Program-made: the position numbers and the translations under genes
Part shown: in pieces, positions 58,601-64,000 of the stretch
Position numbering within the stretch: the first letter of the stretch is position 1
Layout: every line of letters begins with the position of its first letter
Notes under the pieces: model-generated
The model's database searches: none
Seen by the model: the letters and a program-made list of their open reading frames with translations, nothing else
Told to the model about the DNA's origin: nothing
Origin: Camelus ferus
Taxonomy: Eukaryota
Direction of reading: 5' to 3'
DNA length: 64,000 bases
Assembly (NCBI RefSeq): GCF_009834535.1
Contig: NC_045711.1
Location: forward strand, 18,600,001-18,664,000

Positions 58601-61600
58601 AGGTGAGCGAGACCAAGACTGGGCTGGCCTGGGGCACAGGACGGCGGGGTGTGGGGGCCACAGGAGCCCACAGTGGGTTTGAGGCTCACCTGGCCAGGCA
58701 GGAAGTGCATCTGGGTGACAGTGGCTGTGTCTCGGTGCAGGCCTGTGAACTCCACGCCGGGGGCACCGTAGCTGAGGGTGAGGGGTCAAGGCTGGGAAAC
58801 CAAGCTCAGGAGATACCCAAACCCCCTCCTTCGCCAGGGCCCTTCCAATGGGCTGTATCCAACAGGCCTGCCTATCCTGGAGCACTCCGAGGTCCGGGGA
58901 CCCCTCCTGCACCCTCAAGGCACTCTCGCGTGGCTCCACTCAGTCCTGCAAGTCAGTGCTGCCACTCGACTCTCACTTCCTCCCTCATCTGTAAAACCAG
59001 CTTTTAACTCCCACCTTGTAGGACCGACGCAGGGCCAACACAGGGCAGGTGAGAACAAAAACACTCACAGCATGCTTGGCCCAGGCCGGGCTCACGGCTC
59101 TCCGTCGGCCTCATGTGCGTCTGTGCGCACCAGAGTTGGGCCACAGGTCAGGATCACATGGGCAGAGGTGCCAAGCCAGGCCTGGGAAGCCCGGGATGGA
59201 GGAGGGCCCAGGCCAAGCCAGCTGGGGGCAAGGCCACAGGGGCTTGGAGAGGTTGGGTGACCTGCTTCAAGTGCCCAGGGCCAGTGTCAGAGTCTCAGTA
59301 ACCACAGGCTTCACAGCAGACAGGCAGGCCGAGGGGCCCCAGGAGGGAGGACCAGGGAGGGGTCAGTGACGTTGCCCGGAGACAACGCAGGAGCCGTTGC
59401 CTGGAGCTGGAGTTGGGATTCCCTGCAGGAGCCAGGAGAACACAGAAGAGGGGACAAAAGAGGGGGCAGGAGCTCTGGGCGGGAACCAGGGTCACCAAGG
59501 AAACAGGGCCAGTCTCAAGGGGGAGGGGCGGCTCCAGGGGCCAGCCTCAGTTTCCCAGACCAGGCCTTGGGCTAGGGTGGCCTGGGGAAAGGGGGAGGGC
59601 CTCGACCTCCTCTGAGGCTGCCTGCCTGCCAGTTCTTTGTGAGCACGAGAAGCCAGCCAGTGCACACGAAAGACCACACCACCAGGAAAGCTGACTGGGG
59701 CAGCCAGAAGAGACACTGCCCGCCGTGATGGGCAGAAGGGGCTGCAGGACCACAGCACGCATGGCACAGGACAGCACCGTGAGAGGCAGGAGCAACAGGC
59801 CAGGAAGTGGGAACCCTGGGCAGGTGGGGGCTTGGGGGCAGGTAGCCAGGGCACTGTCCCCTCCCTGTCCCGTCCCTTGCCCCATGGATGCCTCAGAGGC
59901 CCACAGGAGAGGAGGGAGCACCGAGGTCCAGCCATTCTCATAAAGTGCCTGGCAGGTGCCCCCAGCCCCGGGTTGGGCTGACCCCACCCCACACAGCCGC
60001 CAGCCAGACCCTGCACCTGGGATCCCCCACCTGGCGTCTCACCACTCTGACGGGGCTGCGGTTCTCCACAGCAGGAAGGAGGCGTCCAGCTGCTGGCCCG
60101 CCCCGCCCCCCACTCGCAGGAAAATGCCCCTTTGTGCTGCTCACAGGCCCATTGTGCGGTGCCAGCGTCCAGGTGGGGGCCGTGCTGCGCTCACCACGCC
60201 GAGCCTGGCACTGCCCCTGGGTCCTTGGAGGGACACACGTGTCTCCACACCCACACACGTCCGCGTGCCCAGTCCCCAGGGTGGGTGACCCCACCGACGT
60301 GCCACCCTGGGCTGGGGACGGTGTGCAGCCAGCTCCCAGTCCAGCCTCCCCAGCCACAGCTGCTGGGATGACGGCAGGGTCACCTAGGTAACAGGCTGGC
60401 TACAGCACAGAGAGGGGCAGCTGTGGCCCAGTAGGCCGACCCCTTGTCGTCCCTGTGAGGCGGCATCTCAGGGCAGCAGCTGCGCCAGCCTCCACGGGAG
60501 TCAGGCACCCTCCACGGCCTTGCAGGCGGCCTGCCCAGGCGCCCAGTGCACAGGGAGCTACCAGCAGGACTTCCTGACAGGCCAGCAAAGGATACATCTT
60601 GACGGCCCCAGACCTGGTGCCGATGGCCATGATGCGAAGCTCGGGGTCAAAGGCCAGGGCGCTAGGCTGGTTGGGGAAGCCATGCTCCACAGTCTGCGGA
60701 GAGGGGAGGGCGTTCACGCAGCCTGAGGCCCGTCGACCCTGAAGCCTGCCCGGGGCAGCCTCGTGCCGCAGAGCCCTCAACAGGACACGCCTGAGCCAAT
60801 GAGTGAGTCCCGCCCGAGCCCCAGGCCAGGGCCCCGACCCTCTCAACACTAGTGTCCACCCCACTGTGCGTGGGCCTCTGACAACACACAGGGAGAATGG
60901 TGCTCAGCAGGGTTCACAGAAGTGAACTGAGGCTGCCCCACGGGGCAGGGCTCTGCACCCCACTCCTCCAGGCAAACAAAAAGTCTGGTGAAGTCCAGGG
61001 CGCTCCCCCAAACGCAGGCCCTACATGGAGGTCAGAGGCCAACACCCAAAGTCAGCTAAGCAGAAGCTCTTGACCCCCACTCCTAGACCCAGAGTCAGGG
61101 AGACTGGGGCCCGGAGAGAGGGCGCTTCCTGCCCAGTCCCTGAAGGTGTCACCCACCTCCTAGGCCTGGGTTCCCACCTGGAAACTGGGGGACATGATTC
61201 CCACCCCCATCCATGGTGGGGACGGTGGGAAGGCAGGCTTGTGCACCGGGGGCGTTGATGAAATGGCCCCCACCAGGTCCCCTTCTGCTGGCAGGGCCAG
61301 TCCCAGTGCAGACCGGCCCCAACCCCACCCTACCTACCCAAGGAGCCCCTATTCATCCCTGAGGCCTGGCTGGACGCCCTCCCCGGACGCCCAGCCCCCA
61401 TCCTCAGCACCAAGTTAGGCACCACACATGGCCTGCCGGTACCCTCTGACTGCAGCCTCAGCAAGACACACATTTTATAAGAAACTCTGGTCTCCAGGCC
61501 TGGGGCCCCAGCCCATGCAGGCAGGGACTGAGTCCTCTGCGCATCTGGCTTGGCCTTGGACAGGTCTCAGCACTCTCCAAGCCTGGCTTCCCACCTGGGC

Positions 61601-63790
61601 ACTGGGGGCAGGGAACCTACCTCAGGACAGAGTCGCCTGCTTGGCTGGGGTGGGGGTAGGGGAGCACCAGCACCACCATGCCCGTGCTGGACCTGACGGT
61701 GTCTGGCAGCCCCCTCCTATGCTCAGGGCCCTCCTGGGGCTCCCAGCTCACTCCAAGTCAAAGCCAAGTCTTCACCATCTGGCCCCCTCTGCACCCCTCC
61801 TTCCACCATTGCCCTGGCTCACTAGATGGCCCTCCGCTCTCCAATTTACTGGGCATGCTCCAGCCTCAAGACTTTTGCACCTTCTTTTTCTCTATCTGGA
61901 ACCTGTTTCACCCAGCACTCCCCATGGTGGGCTCTTTCCCATCGCTCAGGTCTTGGCTCAGGGACAACAGCTCAGGGGCCCCCTGAATCACACAGGCTAC
62001 CAGAGCCGTCCCTCCACAGCCTCACCTGCTTTATCTTACCCCAGGCGCTGACCAGCATCCAAGCTGCTGCTCGTTTCACTCCTCTGCTTTCGCTTCTCAC
62101 TGACCCCCACTAGTACGTCGGCCCCCTGAGTCAGTATTTGTTAAACTGACACAGAGGGGACACACCCCTGGCAACTTGTGGGCAGACCTGGGATTTGAAC
62201 CCAAGACCGAGTTCAAAGTCCATGTTTACGCCTGACCCCCACCCCCACCTCGGGCCAGGAGGGAATCCAGTGGTCATCAACTGCTCCCTCTAGTGACCAA
62301 GACCCTTGCCAAAGACCACCCCCTTCCACCACTGCTGCCCACTCAGAATGGGGCCTCATCCTCCTGAACAGGGAGACCTCAGCTTCTGACAAACTGGGGC
62401 CAGCCAGGGGGAACGGGCCCCCTTCCATTGGTGTCAGGTCCCCACCTCACACCTGTCTCACTCGCTGAGGAAGTGACACCTTAGCACAGCACCTGCCCCT
62501 ACCATCACAGTTCTCTCACCCCAAGGGTGCTCACCCTCACGGTCACTCAACACAGGAAGAGGGCCAGCACAGCCCTGGGGAACCAGCCTTCCCTCTGGGC
62601 CCCCTGGCCACCAACTCTGAGGGTCCTGGCACCTCCTACCACCACCTGGGAAAGCTTGCCTGTCCCAAGAGCCGGGAGTCCCGGGCCTCGGCCACACCAG
62701 GTCCAGCCGTCCCGGAGCTCCCTCCTGGACAAGTCTCCTCACAGGACCACGGCAGCCCCACCCCAAATCCCTGTCCCCCCAGGCTAAAGGCAAACCCCAC
62801 CAACAAGGGGACGCAAAGACAAAGTGGCCCAGCTCACTTGGACTCTGGGCAGGTCGGCAGCCCTTGCTGAACCTCAATTTTCTCACCTGTGTGGGAGCAG
62901 GACAACTCTAAGCCTCAAGAGCGGTAAGGGGCTTTGGTGTAAAATTGAGGCCAGAAGTGACACCCCTGGGGGGAGTTAGCAAAGGATAGGCTGGGGCCTC
63001 TAGCTGCCACACAGCAGTGCAGGGGGAGGCGGGGCTGAAGGCAGCCCCTTTCCCGCGGCCCCTCTGGCCCTACCCAGGGAGAGAAAGGCAGGAGCAGCCC
63101 TCCACCCCACCTCCGCTTGGCTCCTGGAGAAGCGGTGCGTCGGCTGGCCCCTGCGACAGAGCCCACAGCAGGGAGGACAGTGGCCTCACTTCACAGCAAG
63201 GGAAACCGAGGCACAACGATTTTAAGAGCAGTTGGGTACCCGGCCAGGCATCTTCCCTGGAGCCCCCAGCGGGGCAGGGCAGAGCGCAAGGAAGAGCCCA
63301 GGGCGGTGGGGGAAGGGAGGAGAGGAACCGGGAAGGGATTTCCCAGCCCCACCCCCCAACATCTGCCTCCACTCCCCAACCCTGCCCACTCGCCAGGGTG
63401 CGAAAGCAAAACAAACCGGGCTCTGGGCTGCCCGAGAGAAAGACATAAACGGACAGCGAGTGGGAGCCCCAGCCAGAGTTGAGAGCCGCCCGGAGACGCA
63501 CGGAGGCTGAGAGGCCGCGGGGAGAGGCCGGCGGAGTCCGAGACGCGGAGACAGAAAGCAGGGGAACCGAGGGCAGGGATGGAGGGAGGCAGGCGCGCGG
63601 CTCCGGCTGAGCAGAGCGGGCGGCCCGCGGAGCACCCGGCCCGCCCGGCCCGACGTGGCTCCGGCCCGGCCCCCGCCCCCCGCGCTCGGCCCCCGGCCCC
63701 GGCCCGCACCTTGTGGAAGGCGAAGAGCTCTTGCTTGAGTTTCTCGCGCTGCGGGTCGGCGCCTTGCCGGCGGAACCTAAACTTCATCAT
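49659..63790 (-). CDS. LLGL1: Lethal(2) giant larvae homologue 1 (double WD40 polarity scaffold), 22 coding exons, 1064 aa
   Basis: Exons (minus): 63790-63710, 60693-60596, 58771-58690, 58595-58465, 57474-57316, 57238-57076, 56996-56861, 56596-56542, 56437-56283, 56197-55974, 55802-55735, 54755-54602, 54529-54425, 54070-53778, 53498-53351, 53257-53104, 51680-51385, 51038-50774, 50613-50499, 50334-50222, 49996-49876, 49737-49659. Sum 3195 nt. Starts [23 protein letters not shown]; aPKC-target polybasic [25 protein letters not shown]; ends ACAILIK*. Confidence 0.98.
58772..60595 (-). other. LLGL1: U12-type (minor spliceosome) GT-AG intron 2 of LLGL1
   Basis: Donor GTATCCTTT (60595-60587). Branch site CCTTGAC (58791-58785) lies 15 nt before the exon. 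Confidence 0.9.
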
Positions 63791-64000
63791 CTTGCGCCCG
63801 GCCGCCCCGCCGCCGCCCGCAGGATGCGCCGCGCGGCCCCGCGGGTCCTGAGGCGCGGGCGGGCGGGCGCCAGGAGCCAGGAGCGGGCGCGGCGAGGCGG
63901 GGCCTGCGTGGGGGCGGGGCCCTTCCGACGGACGTGCCATCGGGCCAATGAGGGACCCGAGTTCCGCACGCCCCGCCCCCGCCGGTCGCTCAGTGGGCCC
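63450..64000 (-). promoter_or_regulatory. CpG island at the LLGL1 promoter / exon 1
   Basis: High CpG density. GC box GGGGCGGGGC at 63911-63920 and a CCAAT near 63944, upstream of the ATG at 63790. Confidence 0.85.

Overview
GC-rich mammalian genomic DNA, syntenic with the human Smith-Magenis region (17p11.2). It carries five intron-containing genes arranged <-SMCR8 | TOP3A-> <-MIEF2 | FLII-> <-LLGL1. I rebuilt the exon chains by hand from GT-AG boundaries and reading-frame continuity: TOP3A 19 exons/996 aa, MIEF2 3 coding exons/469 aa, FLII 30 exons/1270 aa, LLGL1 22 coding exons/1064 aa. SMCR8 is partial: exon 2 runs off the window and exon 1 has a 148-N gap plus an apparent 1-nt frameshift. 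Two CpG-island head-to-head promoters and one overlapping tail-to-tail poly(A) region link the genes. A tRNA-derived SINE resembling Vic-1, with no recognisable Alu/B1/Bov-tA/PRE-1, tentatively suggests a camelid. I see no wholly new gene system. The best leads are regulatory: a tandem-duplicated in-frame 5' splice site in TOP3A, a (UG)10 tract replacing the polypyrimidine tract at the SMCR8 acceptor, a uORF overlapping the mitochondrial start of TOP3A, a palindromic bidirectional poly(A) element, a U12-type intron in LLGL1 and an apparent MIEF2 stop-loss. Comparisons with human proteins are from memory and need database confirmation. Nearly all other ORFs in the track are GC-rich noise or antisense shadows of exons.
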